From Eledone cirrhosa (Eukaryota): DNA of 64,000 nucleotides. The stretch is taken from contig OZ024759.1 of the NCBI GenBank assembly GCA_964016885.1, forward strand, positions 5,828,001-5,892,000, given 5' to 3'. Every line of letters starts with the position of its first letter. Positions within the stretch are counted from its first letter, which is position 1. The notes below the pieces were generated by a model. That model worked only from the letters and a program-made list of their open reading frames with translations, had not been told where the DNA came from and did no database searches. The position numbers were made by a program, and so were the translations under genes. Positions 52,401 to 64,000 of this stretch are shown in pieces.

Positions 52401-54060
52401 GCTGTCAGAAGTAACTCCAATGTTGGTGAGAATTCATTTAAGTTCATGGTATTAGCTGTCAGAAGTAACTCCACTGTTGGTGAGAATTTATTTAAGTCAT
52501 GGTATTAGCTGTCAGAAGTAACTCCAATGTTGGTGAGAATTCATTTAAGTTCATGGTATTAGCTGTCAGAAGTAACTCCACTGTTGGTGAGACTTCATTT
52601 AAGTTCATGGTATTAGCTGTCAGAAGTAACTCCACTGTTGGTGAGACTTCATTTAAGTTCATGGTACTAGCAGTCAGAAGTAACTCCACTGTTGGTGAGA
52701 ATTCATTTAAGTTCATGGTATTAGCTGTCAGAAGTAACTCCAATGTTGGTGAGAATTCATTTAATTCATGGTATTAGCTGTCAGAAGGAACTCCACTGTT
52801 GGTGAGAATTCATTTAAGTTCATGGTATTAGCTGTCAGAAGTAACTCCACTGTTGGTGAGAATTCATTTAAGTTCATGGTACTAGTTGTCAGAAGTAACT
52901 CCACTGTTGGTAAGAATTCATTTAAGTTCATGGTATTAGCTGTCAGAAGGAACTCCACTGTTGGTGAGAATTCATTTAAGTTCATGGTATTAGCTGTCAG
53001 AAGTAACTCCACTGTTGGTGAGAATTCATTTAAGTTCATGGTACTAGTTGTCAGAAGTAACTCCACTGTTGGTGAGAATTCATTTAAGTTCATGGTATTA
53101 GTTGTCAGAAGTAACTCCACTGTTGGTGAGAATTCATTTAAGTCATGGTATTAGTTGTCAGAAGTAACTCCAATGTTGGTGAGAATTCATTTAAGTTCAT
53201 GGTACTAGCTGTCAGAAGTAACTCCACTGTTGGTGAGAATTCATTTAAGTTCATGGTATTAGCTGTCAGAAGTAACTCCACTGTTGGTGAGAATTCATTT
53301 AAGTCATGGTATTAGCTGTCAAAAGTAACTCCATTGTTGGTGAGAATTCATTTAAGTCATGGTACTAGCTGTCAGAAGTAACTCCACTGTTGGTGAGAAT
53401 TCATTTAAGTTAATGGTATTAGCTGTCAGAAGGAACTCCACTGTTGGTGAGAATTCATTTAAGTTAATGGTACTAGCTGTCAGAAGTAACTCCACTGTTG
53501 GTGAGAATTCATTTAAGTTCATGTTATTAGTTTGTCAGAAGTAACTCCACTGTTGGTGAGAATTCATTTAAGTCATGGTATTAGTTGTCAGAAGTAACTC
53601 CAATGTTGGTGAGAATTCATTTAAGTCATGGTACTAGCCGTCAGAAGTAACTCCAATGTTGGTGAGAATTCATTTAAGTTCATGGTATTAGCTGTCAGAA
53701 GGAACTCCACTGTTGGTGAGAATTCATTTAAGTTCATGGTATTAGCTGTCAGAGGTAACTCCACTGTTGGTGAGAATTCATTTAAGTTCATGGTATTAGC
53801 TGTCAGAAGTAACTCCATTGTTGGTGAGAATTCATTTAAGTCATGGTACTAGCTGTCAGAAGTAACTCCACTGTTGGTGAGAATTCATTTAAGTTCATGG
53901 TACTAGCTGTCAGAAGTAACTCCACTGTTGGTGAGAATTCATTTAAGTTCATGGTACTAGCTGTCAGAAGTAACTCCACTGTTGGTGAGAATTCATTTAA
54001 GTTCATGGTACTAGCTGTCAGAAGTAACTCCACTGTTGGTGAGAATTCATTTAAGTTCAT
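49480..54060. repeat. Overlapping block duplications (offsets 968, 1399, 1775 bp)
   Basis: TTCCTGG at 49591/50559 (+968); GAAGGAACCCC at 49772/51171 (+1399); GTCAAAAGTAAC at ~50144/51543/53318 (+1399, +1775); CAGAGGTAAC at ~51975/53750 (+1775). Confidence 0.85.
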
Positions 54061-57000
54061 GGTACTAGCTGTCAGAAGTAACTCCAATGTTGGTGAGAAT
54101 TCATTTAAGTTCATGGTATTAGCTGTCAGAAGTAACTCCACTGTTGGTGAGAATTCATTTAAGTTCATGGTACTAGCTGTCAGAAGTAACTCCACTGTTG
54201 GTGAGAATTCATTTAAGTTCATGGTATTAGCTGTCAGAAGTCACTCCACTGTTGGTGAGAATTCATTTAAGTTCATGGTACTAGCTGTCAGAAGTAACCC
54301 CAATGTTGGTGAGAATTCATTTAAGTTCATGGTATTAGCTGTCAGAAGTCACTCCAATGTTGGTGAGAATTCATTTAAGTTCATGGTATTAGCTTTTAGA
54401 AGTAACTCCACTGTTGGTGAGAATTCATTTAAGTTCATGGTACTAGCTGTCAGAAGTAACTCCACTGTTGGTGAGAATTCATTTAAGTTCATGGTATTAG
54501 CTGTCAGAAGTAACTCTACTGTTGGTGAGAATTCATTTAAGTCATGGTATTAGCTGTCAATAGTAACTCCATTGTTGGTGAGAATTCATTTAAGTCATGG
54601 TACTAGCTGTCAGAAGTAACTCCACTGTTGGTGAGAATTCATTTAAGTTCATGGTACTAGCTGTCAGAAGTAACTCCACTGTTGGTGAGAATTCATTTAA
54701 GTTCATGGTACTAGCTGTCAGAAGTAACTCCAATGTTGGTGAGAATTCATTTAAGTTCATGGTATTAGCTGTCAGAAGTAACTCCACTGTTGGTGAGAAT
54801 TCATTTAAGTTCATGGTACTAGCTGTCAGAAGTAACTCCACTGTTGGTGAGAATTCATTTAAGTTCATGGTATTAGCTGTCAGAAGTCACTCCACTGTTG
54901 GTGAGAATTCATTTAAGTTCATCGTACTAGCTGTCAGAAGTAACCCCAATGTTGGTGAGAATTCATTTAAGTTCATGGTATTAGCTGTCAGAAGTCACTC
55001 CAATGTTGGTGAGAATTCATTTAAGTTCATGGTATTAGCTGTCAGAAGTAACTCCACTGTTGGTGAGAATTCATTTAAGTTCATGGTACTAGCTGTCAGA
55101 AGTAACTCCACTGTTGGTGAGAATTCATTTACGTTCATGGTATTAGCTGTCAGAAGTAACTCCACTGTTGGTGAGAATTCATTTAAGTCATGGTATTAGC
55201 TGTCAATAGTAACTCCATTGTTGGTGAGAATTCATTTAAGTCATGGTACTAGCTGTCAGAAGTAACTCCACTGTTGGTGAGAATTCATTTAAGTTCATGG
55301 TATTAGCTGTCAGAAGGAACTCCACTGTTGGTGAGAATTCATTTAAGTTCATGGTACTAGCTGTCAGAAGTAACTCCACTGTTGGTGAGAATTCATTTAA
55401 GTTCATGTTATTAGTTTGTCAGAAGTAACTCCACTGTTGGTGAGAATTCATTTAAGTCATGGTATTAGTTGTCAGAAGTAACTCCAATGTTGGTGAGAAT
55501 TCATTTAAGTCATGGTACTAGCCGTCAGAAGTAACTCCACTGTTGGTGAGAATCCATTTAAGTTCATGGTATTAGCTGTCAGAAGTAACTCCACTGTTGG
55601 TGAGAATTCATTTAAGTTCATGGTATTAGCTGTCAGAAGTAACTCCATTGTTGGTGAGAATTCATTTAAGTCATGGTACTAGCTGTCAGAAGTAACTCCA
55701 CTGTTGGTGAGAATTCATTTAAGTTCATGGTACTAGCTGTCAGAAGTAACTCCACTGTTGGTGAGAATTCATTTAAGTTCATGGTACTAGCTGTCAGAAG
55801 TAACTCCACTGTTGGTGAGAATTCATTTAAGTTCATGGTACTAGCTGTCAGAAGTAACTCCACTGTTGGTGAGAATTCATTTAAGTTCATGGTACTAGCT
55901 GTCAGAAGTAACTCCAATGTTGGTGAGAATTCATTTAAGTTCATGGTATTAGCTGTCAGAAGTAACTCCACTGTTGGTGAGAATTCATTTAAGTTCATGG
56001 TACTAGCTGTCAGAAGTAACTCCACTGTTGGTGAGAATTCATTTAAGTTCATGGTATTAGCTGTCAGAAGTCACTCCACTGTTGGTGAGAATGCATTTAA
56101 GTTCATGGTACTAGCTGTCAGAAGTAACCCCAATGTTGGTGAGAATTCATTTAAGTTCATGGTATTAGCTGTCAGAAGTCACTCCAATGTTGGTGAGAAT
56201 TCATTTAAGTTCATGGTATTAGCTGTCAGAAGTCACTCCACTGTTGGTGAGAATTCATTTAAGTTCATGGTACTAGCTCTCAGAAGTAACCCCAATGTTG
56301 GTGAGAATTCATTTAAGTTCATGGTATTAGCTGTCAGAAGTAACTCCACTGTTGGTGAGAATTCATTTAACTCATGGTATTAGCTGTCAATAGTAACTCC
56401 ATTGTTGGTGAGAATTCATTTAAGTCATGGTACTAGCTGTCAGAAGTAACTCCACTGTTGGTGAGAATTCATTTAAGTTCATGGTACTAGCTGTCAGAAG
56501 TAACTCCACTGTTGGTGAGAATTCATTTAAGTTCATGGTATTAGTTTGTCAGAAGTAACTCCACTGTTGGTGAGAATTCATTTAAGTCATGGTATTAGTT
56601 GTCAGAAGTAACTCCAATGTTGGTGAGAATTCATTTAAGTCATGGTACTAGCCGTCAGAAGTAACTCCAATGTTGGTGAGAATTCATTTAAGTTCATGGT
56701 ATTAGCTGTCAGAAGGAACTCCACTGTTGGTGAGAATTCATTTAAGTTCATGGTATTAGCTGTCAGAAGTAACTCCACTGTTGGTGAGAATTCATTTAAG
56801 TTCATGGTACTAGCTGTCAGAAGTAACTCCAATGTTGGTGAGAATTCATTTAAGTTCATGGTATTAGCTGTCAGAAGTAACTCCACTGTTGGTGAGAATT
56901 TATTTAAGTCATGGTATTAGCTGTCAGAAGTAACTCCAAAGTTGGTGAGAATTCATTTAAGTTCATGGTATTAGCTGTCAGAAGTAACTCCACTGTTGGT

Positions 57001-60000
57001 GAGAATTCATTTAAGTTCATGGTATTAGCTGTCAGAAGTAACTCCACTGTTGGTGAGAATTCATTTAAGTTCATGGTACTAGCTGTCAGAAGTAACTCCA
57101 CTGTTGGTGAGAATTCATTTAAGTTCATGGTATTAGCTGTCAGAAGGAACTCCACTGTTGGTGAGAATTCATTTAAGTTCATGGTATTAGCTGTCAGAAG
57201 TAACTCCACTGTTGGTGAGAATTCATTTAAGTTCATGGTACTAGTTGTCAGAAGTAACTCCACTGTTGGTGAGAATTCATTTAAGTTCATGGTATTAGTT
57301 GTCAGAAGTAACTCCACTGTTGGTGAGAATTCATTTAAGTCATGGTATTAGTTGTCAAAAGTAACTCCAATGTTGGTGAGAATTCATTTAAGTTCATGGT
57401 ACTAGCTGTCAGAAGTAACTCCACTGTTGGTGAGAATTCATTTAAGTTCATGGTATTAGCTGTCAGAAGTAACTCCACTGTTGGTGAGAATTCATTTAAG
57501 TCATGGTATTAGCTGTCAATAGTAACTCCATTGTTGGTGAGAATTCATTTAAGTCATGGTACTAGCTGTCAGAAGTAACTCCACTGTTGGTGAGAATTCA
57601 TTTAAGTTCATAGTATTAGCTGTCAGAAGGAACTCCACTGTTGGTGAGAATTCATTTAAGTTCATGGTACTAGCTGTCAGAAGTAACTCCAATGTTGGTG
57701 AGAATTCATTTAAGTTCATGTTATTAGTTTGTCAGAAGTAACTCCACTGTTGGTGAGAATTCATTTAAGTCATGGTATTAGTTGTCAGAAGTAACTCCAA
57801 TGTTGGTGAGAATTCATTTAAGTCATGGTACTAGCCGTCAGAAGTAACTCCAATGTTGGTGAGAATTCATTTAAGTTCATGGTATTAGCTGTCAGAAGGA
57901 ACTCCACTGTTGGTGAGAATTCATTTAAGTTCATGGTATTAGCTGTCAGAAGGAACTCCACTGTTGGTGAGAATTCATTTAAGTTCATGGTATTAGCTGT
58001 CAGAAGGAACTCCACTGTTGGTGAGAATTCATTTAAGTTCATGGTACTAGCTGTCAGAAGTAACTCCAATGTTGGTGAGAATTCATTTAAGTTCATGTTA
58101 TTAGTTTGTCAGAAGTAACTCCACTGTTGGTGAGAATTCATTTAAGTCATGGTATTAGTTGTCAGAAGTAACTCCAATGTTGGTGAGAATTCATTTAAGT
58201 CATGGTACTAGCCGTCAGACGTAACTCCAATGTTGGTGAGAATTCATTTAAGTTCATGGTATTAGCTGTCAGAAGTAACTCCACTGTTGGTGAGAATTCA
58301 TTTAAGTTCATGGTATTAGCTGTCAGAAGTAACTCCATTGTTGGTGAGAATTCATTTAAGTCATGGTACTAGCTGTCAGAAGTAACTCCACTGTTGGTGA
58401 GAATTCATTTAAGTTCATGGTACTAGCTGTCAGAAGTAACTCCACTGTTGGTGAGAATTCATTTAAGTTCATGGTACTAGCTGTCAGAAGTAACTCCACT
58501 GTTGGTGAGAATTCATTTAAGTTCATGGTACTAGCTGTCAGAAGTAACTCCACTGTTGGTGGGAATTCATTTAAGTTCATGGTACTAGCTGTCAGAAGTA
58601 ACTCCAATGTTGGTGAGAATTCATTTAAGTTCATGGTATTAGCTGTCAGAAGTAACTCCACTGTTGGTGAGAATTCATTTAAGTTCATGGTACTAGCTGT
58701 CAGAAGTAACTCCACTGTTGGTGAGAATTCATTTAAGTTCATGGTATTAGCTGTCAGAAGTCACTCCACTGTTGGTGAGAATTCATTTAAGTTCATGGTA
58801 CTAGCTGTCAGAAGTAACCCCAATGTTGGTGAGAATTCATTTAAGTTCATGGTATTAGCTGTCAGAAGTCACTCCAATGTTGGTGAGAATTCATTTAAGT
58901 TCATGGTATTAGCTGTCAGAGGTCACTCCACTGTTGGTGAGAATTCATTTAAGTTCATGGTACTAGCTCTCAGAAGTAACCCCAATGTTGGTGAGAATTC
59001 ATTTAAGTTCATGGTATTAGCTGTCAGAAGTAACTCCACTGTTGGTGAGAATTCATTTAAGTTCATGGTACTAGCTGTCAGAAGTAACTCCAATGTTGGT
59101 GAGAATTCATTTAAGTTCATGGTATTAGCTGTCAGAAGGAACTCCACTGTTGGTGAGAATTCATTTAAGTTCATGGTATTAGCTGTCAGAAGTAACTCCA
59201 CTGTTGGTGAGAATTCATTTAAGTTCATGGTACTAGTTGTCAGAAGTAACTCCACTGTTGGTGAGAATTCATTTAAGTTCATGGTATTAGTTGTCAGAAG
59301 TAACTCCACTGTTGGTGAGAATTCATTTAAGTCATGGTATTAGTTGTCAGAAGTAACTCCAATGTTGGTGAGAATTCATTTAAGTTCATGGTACTAGCTG
59401 TCAGAAGTAACTCCACTGTTGGTGAGAATTCATTTAAGTTCATGGTATTAGCTGTCAGAAGTAACTCCACTGTTGGTGAGAATTCATTTAAGTCATGGTA
59501 TTAGCTGTCAATAGTAACTCCATTGTTGGTGAGAATTCATTTAAGTCATGGTACTAGCTGTCAGAAGTAACTCCACTGTTGGTGAGAATTCATTTAAGTT
59601 CATGGTATTAGCTGTCAGAAGGAACTCCACTGTTGGTGAGAATTCATTTAAGTTCATGGTACTAGCTGTCAGAAGTAACTCCACTGTTGGTGAGAATTCA
59701 TTTAAGTTCATGGTATTAGTTTGTCAGAAGTAACTCCACTGTTGGTGAGAATTCATTTAAGTCATGGTATTAGTTGTCAGAAGTAACTCCAATGTTGGTG
59801 AGAATTCATTTAAGTCATGGTACTAGCCGTCAGAAGTAACTCCAATGTTGGTGAGAATTCATTTAAGTTCATGGTATTAGCTGTCAGAAGGAACTCCACT
59901 GTTGGTGAGAATTCATTTAAGTTCATGGTATTAGCTGTCAGAAGTAACTCCACTGTTGGTGAGAATTCATTTAAGTTCATGGTACTAGCTGTCAGAAGTA

Positions 60001-60829
60001 ACTCCAATGTTGGTGAGAATTCATTTAAGTTCATGGTATTAGCTGTCAGAAGTAACTCCACTGTTGGTGAGAATTCATTTAAGTCATGGTATTAGCTGTC
60101 AGAAGTAACTCCAATGTTGGTGAGAATTCATTTAAGTTCATGGTATTAGCTGTCAGAAGTAACTCCACTGTTGGTGAGAATTCATTTAAGTTCATGGTAT
60201 TAGCTGTCAGAAGTAACTCCACTGTTGGTGAGAATTCATTTAAGTTCATGGTACTAGCTGTCAGAAGTAACTCCACTGTTGGTGAGAATTCATTTAAGTT
60301 CATGGTATTAGCTGTCAGAAGGAACTCCACTGTTGGTGAGAATTCATTTAAGTTCATGGTATTAGCTGTCAGAAGTAACTCCACTGTTGGTGAGAATTCA
60401 TTTAAGTTCATGGTACTAGTTGTCAGAAGTAACTCCACTGTTGGTGAGAATTCATTTAAGTTCATGGTATTAGCTGTCAGAAGGAACTCCACTGTTGGTG
60501 AGAATTCATTTAAGTTCATGTTATTAGCTGTCAGATGTAACTCCACTGTTGGTGAGAATTCATTTAAGTTCATGGTACTAGTTGTCAGAAGTAACTCCAC
60601 TGTTGGTGAGAATTCATTTAAGTTCATGGTAATAGTTGTCAGAAGTAACTCCACTGTTGGTGAGAATTCATTTAAGTCATGGTATTAGTTGTCAGAAGTA
60701 ACTCCAATGTTGGTGAGAATTCATTTAAGTTAATGGTACTAGCTGTCAGAAGTAACTCCACTGTTGGTGAGAATTCATTTAAGTTCATGGTATTAGCTGT
60801 CAGAAGTAACTCCACTGTTGGTGAGAATT

Positions 60830-62700
60830 CATTTAAGTCATGGTACTAGCTGTCAATAGTAACTCCATTGTTGGTGAGAATTCATTTAAGTCATGGTACT
60901 AGCTGTCAGAAGTAACTCCACTGTTGGTGAGAATTCATTTAAGTTCATGGTATTAGCTGTCAGAAGGAACTCCACTGTTGGTGAGAATTCATTTAAGTTC
61001 ATGGTACTAGCTGTCAGAAGTAACTCCACTGTTGGTGAGAATTCATTTAAGTTCATGGTATTAGTTTGTCAGAAGTAACTCCACTGTTGGTGAGAATTCA
61101 TTTAAGTCATGGTATTAGTTGTCAGAAGTAACTCCAATGTTGGTGAGAATTCATTTAAGTCATGGTACTAGCCGTCAGAAGTAACTCCAATGTTGGTGAG
61201 AATTCATTTAAGTTCATGGTATTAGCTGTCAGAAGGAACTCCACTGTTGGTGAGAATTCATTTAAGTTCATGGTATTAGCTGTCAGAAGTAACTCCACTG
61301 TTGGTGAGAATTCATTTAAGTTCATGGTACTAGCTGTCAGAAGTAACTCCAATGTTGGTGAGAATTCATTTAAGTTCATGGTATTAGCTGTCAGAAGTAA
61401 CTCCACTGTTGGTGAGAATTCATTTAAGTCATGGTATTAGCTGTCAGAAGTAACTCCACTGTTGGTGAGAATTCATTTAAGTTCATGGTATTAGCTGTCA
61501 GAAGGAACTCCACTGTTGGTGAGAATTCATTTAAGTTCATGGTACTAGCTGTCAGAAGTAACTCCACTGTTGGTGAGAATTCATTTAAGTTCATGGTATT
61601 AGTTTGTCAGAAGTAACTCCACTGTTGGTGAGAATTCATTTAAGTCATGGTATTAGTTGTCAGAAGTAACTCCAATGTTGGTGAGAATTCATTTAAGTCA
61701 TGGTACTAGCCGTCAGAAGTAACTCCAATGTTGGTGAGAATTCATTTAAGTTCATGGTATTAGCTGTCAGAAGTAACTCCACAGTTGGTGAGAATTCATT
61801 TAAGTCATGGTACTAGCTGTCAATAGTAACTCCATTGTTGGTGAGAATTCATTTAAGTCATGGTACTAGCTGTCAGAAGTAACTCCACTGTTGGTGAGAA
61901 TTCATTTAAGTTCATGGTATTAGCTGTCAGAAGGAACTCCACTGTTGGTGAGAATTCATTTAAGTTCATGGTACTAGCTGTCAGAAGTAACTCCACTGTT
62001 GGTGAGAATTCATTTAAGTTCATGGTATTAGTTTGTCAGAAGTAACTCCACTGTTGGTGAGAATTCATTTAAGTCATGGTATTAGTTGTCAGAAGTAACT
62101 CCAATGTTGGTGAGAATTCATTTAAGTCATGGTACTAGCCGTCAGAAGTAACTCCAATGTTGGTGAGAATTCATTTAAGTTCATGGTATTAGCTGTCAGA
62201 AGGAACTCCACTGTTGGTGAGAATTCATTTAAGTTCATGGTATTAGCTGTCAGAAGTAACTCCACTGTTGGTGAGAATTCATTTAAGTTCATGGTACTAG
62301 CTGTCAGAAGTAACTCCAATGTTGGTGAGAATTCATTTAAGTTCATGGTATTAGCTGTCAGAAGTAACTCCACTGTTGGTGAGAATTCATTTAAGTCATG
62401 GTATTAGCTGTCAGAAGTAACTCCACTGTTGGTGAGAATTCATTTAAGTTCATGGTATTAGCTGTCAGAAGGAACTCCACTGTTGGTGAGAATTCATTTA
62501 AGTTCATGGTACTAGCTGTCAGAAGTAACTCCACTGTTGGTGAGAATTCATTTAAGTTCATGGTATTAGTTTGTCAGAAGTAACTCCACTGTTGGTGAGA
62601 ATTCATTTAAGTCATGGTATTAGTTGTCAGAAGTAACTCCAATGTTGGTGAGAATTCATTTAAGTCATGGTACTAGCCGTCAGAAGTAACTCCAATGTTG
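60830..62700. repeat. Tandem block duplication, period 967 bp (18 monomers), with an internal 538-bp (10-monomer) repeat
   Basis: ORF starts 60893/61162/61431 recur at 61860/62129/62398 (+967). The +1-insertion monomer recurs at +538 within each copy. TACTAGCTGTCAATAG lies at ~60844/61811. Confidence 0.85.
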
Positions 62701-64000
62701 GTGAGAATTCATTTAAGTTCATGGTATTAGCTGTCAGAAGTAACTCCACAGTTGGTGAGAATTCATTTAAGTTCATGGTATTAGCTGTCAGAAGTAACTC
62801 CACTGTTGGTGAGAATTCATTTAAGTTCATGGTACTAGCTGTCAGAAGTAACTCCAATGTTGGTGAGAATTCATTTAAGTTCATGGTATTAGCTGTCAGA
62901 AGTAACTCCACTGTTGGTGAGAATTCATTTAAGTCATGGTATTAGCTGTCAGAAGTAACTCCACTGTTGGTGAGAATTCATTTAAGTTCATGGTATTAGC
63001 TGTCAGAAGTAACTCCACTGTTGGTGAGAATTCATTTAAGTTCATGGTATTAGCTGTCAGAAGTAACTCCACTGTTGGTGAGAATTCATTTAAGTTCATG
63101 GTACTAGCTGTCAGAAGTAACTCCACTGTTGGTGAGAATTCATTTAAGTTCATGGTATTAGCTGTCAGAAGTAACTCCAATGTTGGTGAGAATTCATTTA
63201 AGTTCATGGTATTAGCTGTCAGAAGTAACTCCACTGTTGGTGAGAATTCATTTAAGTTCATGGTATTAGCTGTCAGAAGTAACTCCACTGTTGGTGAGAA
63301 TTCATTTAAGTTCATGGTACTAGCTGTCAGAAGTAACTCCACTGTTGGTGAGAATTCATTTAAGTTCATGGTATTAGTTTGTCAGAAGTAACTCCACTGT
63401 TGGTGAGAATTCATTTAAGTCATGGTATTAGTTGTCAGAAGTAACTCCAATGTTGGTGAGAATTCATTTAAGTTCATGGTACTAGCTGTCAGAAGTAACT
63501 CCACTGTTGGTGAGAATTCATTTAAGTTCATGGTATTAGCTGTCAGAAGTAACTCCACTGTTGGTGAGAATTCATTTAAGTCATGGTATTAGCTGTCAGA
63601 AGTAACTCCATTGTTGGTGAGAATTCATTTAAGTCATGGTACTTGCTGTCAGAAGTAACTCCACTGTTGGTGAGAATTCATTTAAGTTCATGGTATTAGC
63701 TGTCAGAAGGAACTCCACTGTTGGTGAGAATTCATTTAAGTTCATGGTACTAGCTGTCAGAAGTAACTCCACTGTTGGTGAGAATTCATTTAAGTTCATG
63801 GTATTAGTTTGTCAGAAGTAACTCCGCTGTTGGTGAGAATTCATTTAAGTCATGGTATTAGTTGTCAGAAGTAACTCCAATGTTGGTGAGAATTCATTTA
63901 AGTCATGGTACTAGCTGTCAGAAGTAACTCCAATGTTGGTGAGAATTCATTTAAGTTCATGGTATTAGCTGTCAGAAGGAACTCCACTGTTGGTGAGAAT

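Larger units (their letters stand above)
1..64000. repeat. 54-bp tandem satellite array (~1,190 monomers, EcoRI-type), running off both window ends
   Basis: Consensus TTCATGGTATTAGCTGTCAGAAGTAACTCCACTGTTGGTGAGAATTCATTTAAG (bases 1-54) repeats head-to-tail in one orientation to base 64000. Most monomers differ from it by 0-3 changes. A 53-bp form (AAGTTC>AAGTC) is common and a +1 form (AGCTGT>AGTTTGT) is recurrent. GC is 20/54, the consensus has no CpG, and GAATTC lies at monomer positions 42-47. Confidence 0.99.
36700..64000. repeat. Right sub-array (variant family B) of the 54-bp satellite
   Basis: Markers seen only here: GTCAATAGTAAC (first ~36730), TAGCCGTCAG (first ~39203, last ~62674), GAATGCAT (first ~37673), GAATTAATTTA..TACTATCTGT (~37511, 43380, 44515, 45861, 47747), AGTCACTCCACTG, and recurrent runs of 4-5 consecutive GGTACTAG monomers. 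Confidence 0.85.

Noticed and set aside
104-63821. All ORFs in the six-frame track as protein-coding genes
   Set aside because: They are translations of the 54-bp (18-codon) monomer on both strands. Starts and ends are set by recurrent 1-bp indels or SNVs. There are no unique termini, recognisable domains or gene context.
1-64000. CRISPR array
   Set aside because: There are no unique spacers: the entire 54 bp repeats with only point variants. No leader or cas genes are present, and the repeat has no strong palindrome.
1-64000. Alpha-satellite/CENP-B box, telomeric repeat or rDNA/5S/tRNA array
   Set aside because: The consensus has no CpG, so it cannot hold the TTCG...CGGG CENP-B box. There are no TTAGGG-type repeats, the monomer is too short for these families, and there is no recognisable rRNA, tRNA or Pol III A/B-box pattern.
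1-64000. Pure technical artefact (rolling-circle or PCR concatemer, synthetic EcoRI multimer)
   Set aside because: Hierarchically nested, shared diagnostic variants and region-specific families indicate evolutionary accumulation rather than copying of one template. Individual near-identical duplications could still be assembly errors and need read support.
1-64000. Embedded transposon, inversion or unique island
   Set aside because: On reading through, I found no departure from the monomer larger than point changes or 1-bp indels, and no reverse-orientation monomers.

Overview
The whole 64 kb is one uninterrupted, single-orientation, head-to-tail tandem array (satellite / giant minisatellite). 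The monomer is 54 bp, about 37% GC: TTCATGGTATTAGCTGTCAGAAGTAACTCCACTGTTGGTGAGAATTCATTTAAG, with roughly 1,190 copies (64,000/~53.8) and one EcoRI site per monomer. I found no genes, RNA genes, transposons, CRISPR spacers or unique sequence. Every ORF in the track is a by-product of an 18-codon monomer that is stop-free in one frame per strand and is broken by recurrent 1-bp indels. The real information is in the order of monomer variants. It shows (i) many young, nested block duplications of 0.16-4.6 kb, i.e. irregular incipient higher-order repeats; (ii) two sub-arrays with almost exclusive diagnostic variants meeting at about 36-37 kb, with a mutation-rich seam; (iii) variation concentrated in one part of the monomer; and (iv) traces of an older 27-bp dimer structure. 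I cannot assign an organism or a named satellite family from the sequence alone, and I see no evidence of a novel coding system. Block boundaries are approximate (+/- a few monomers); offsets between marker variants were read directly from the coordinates.
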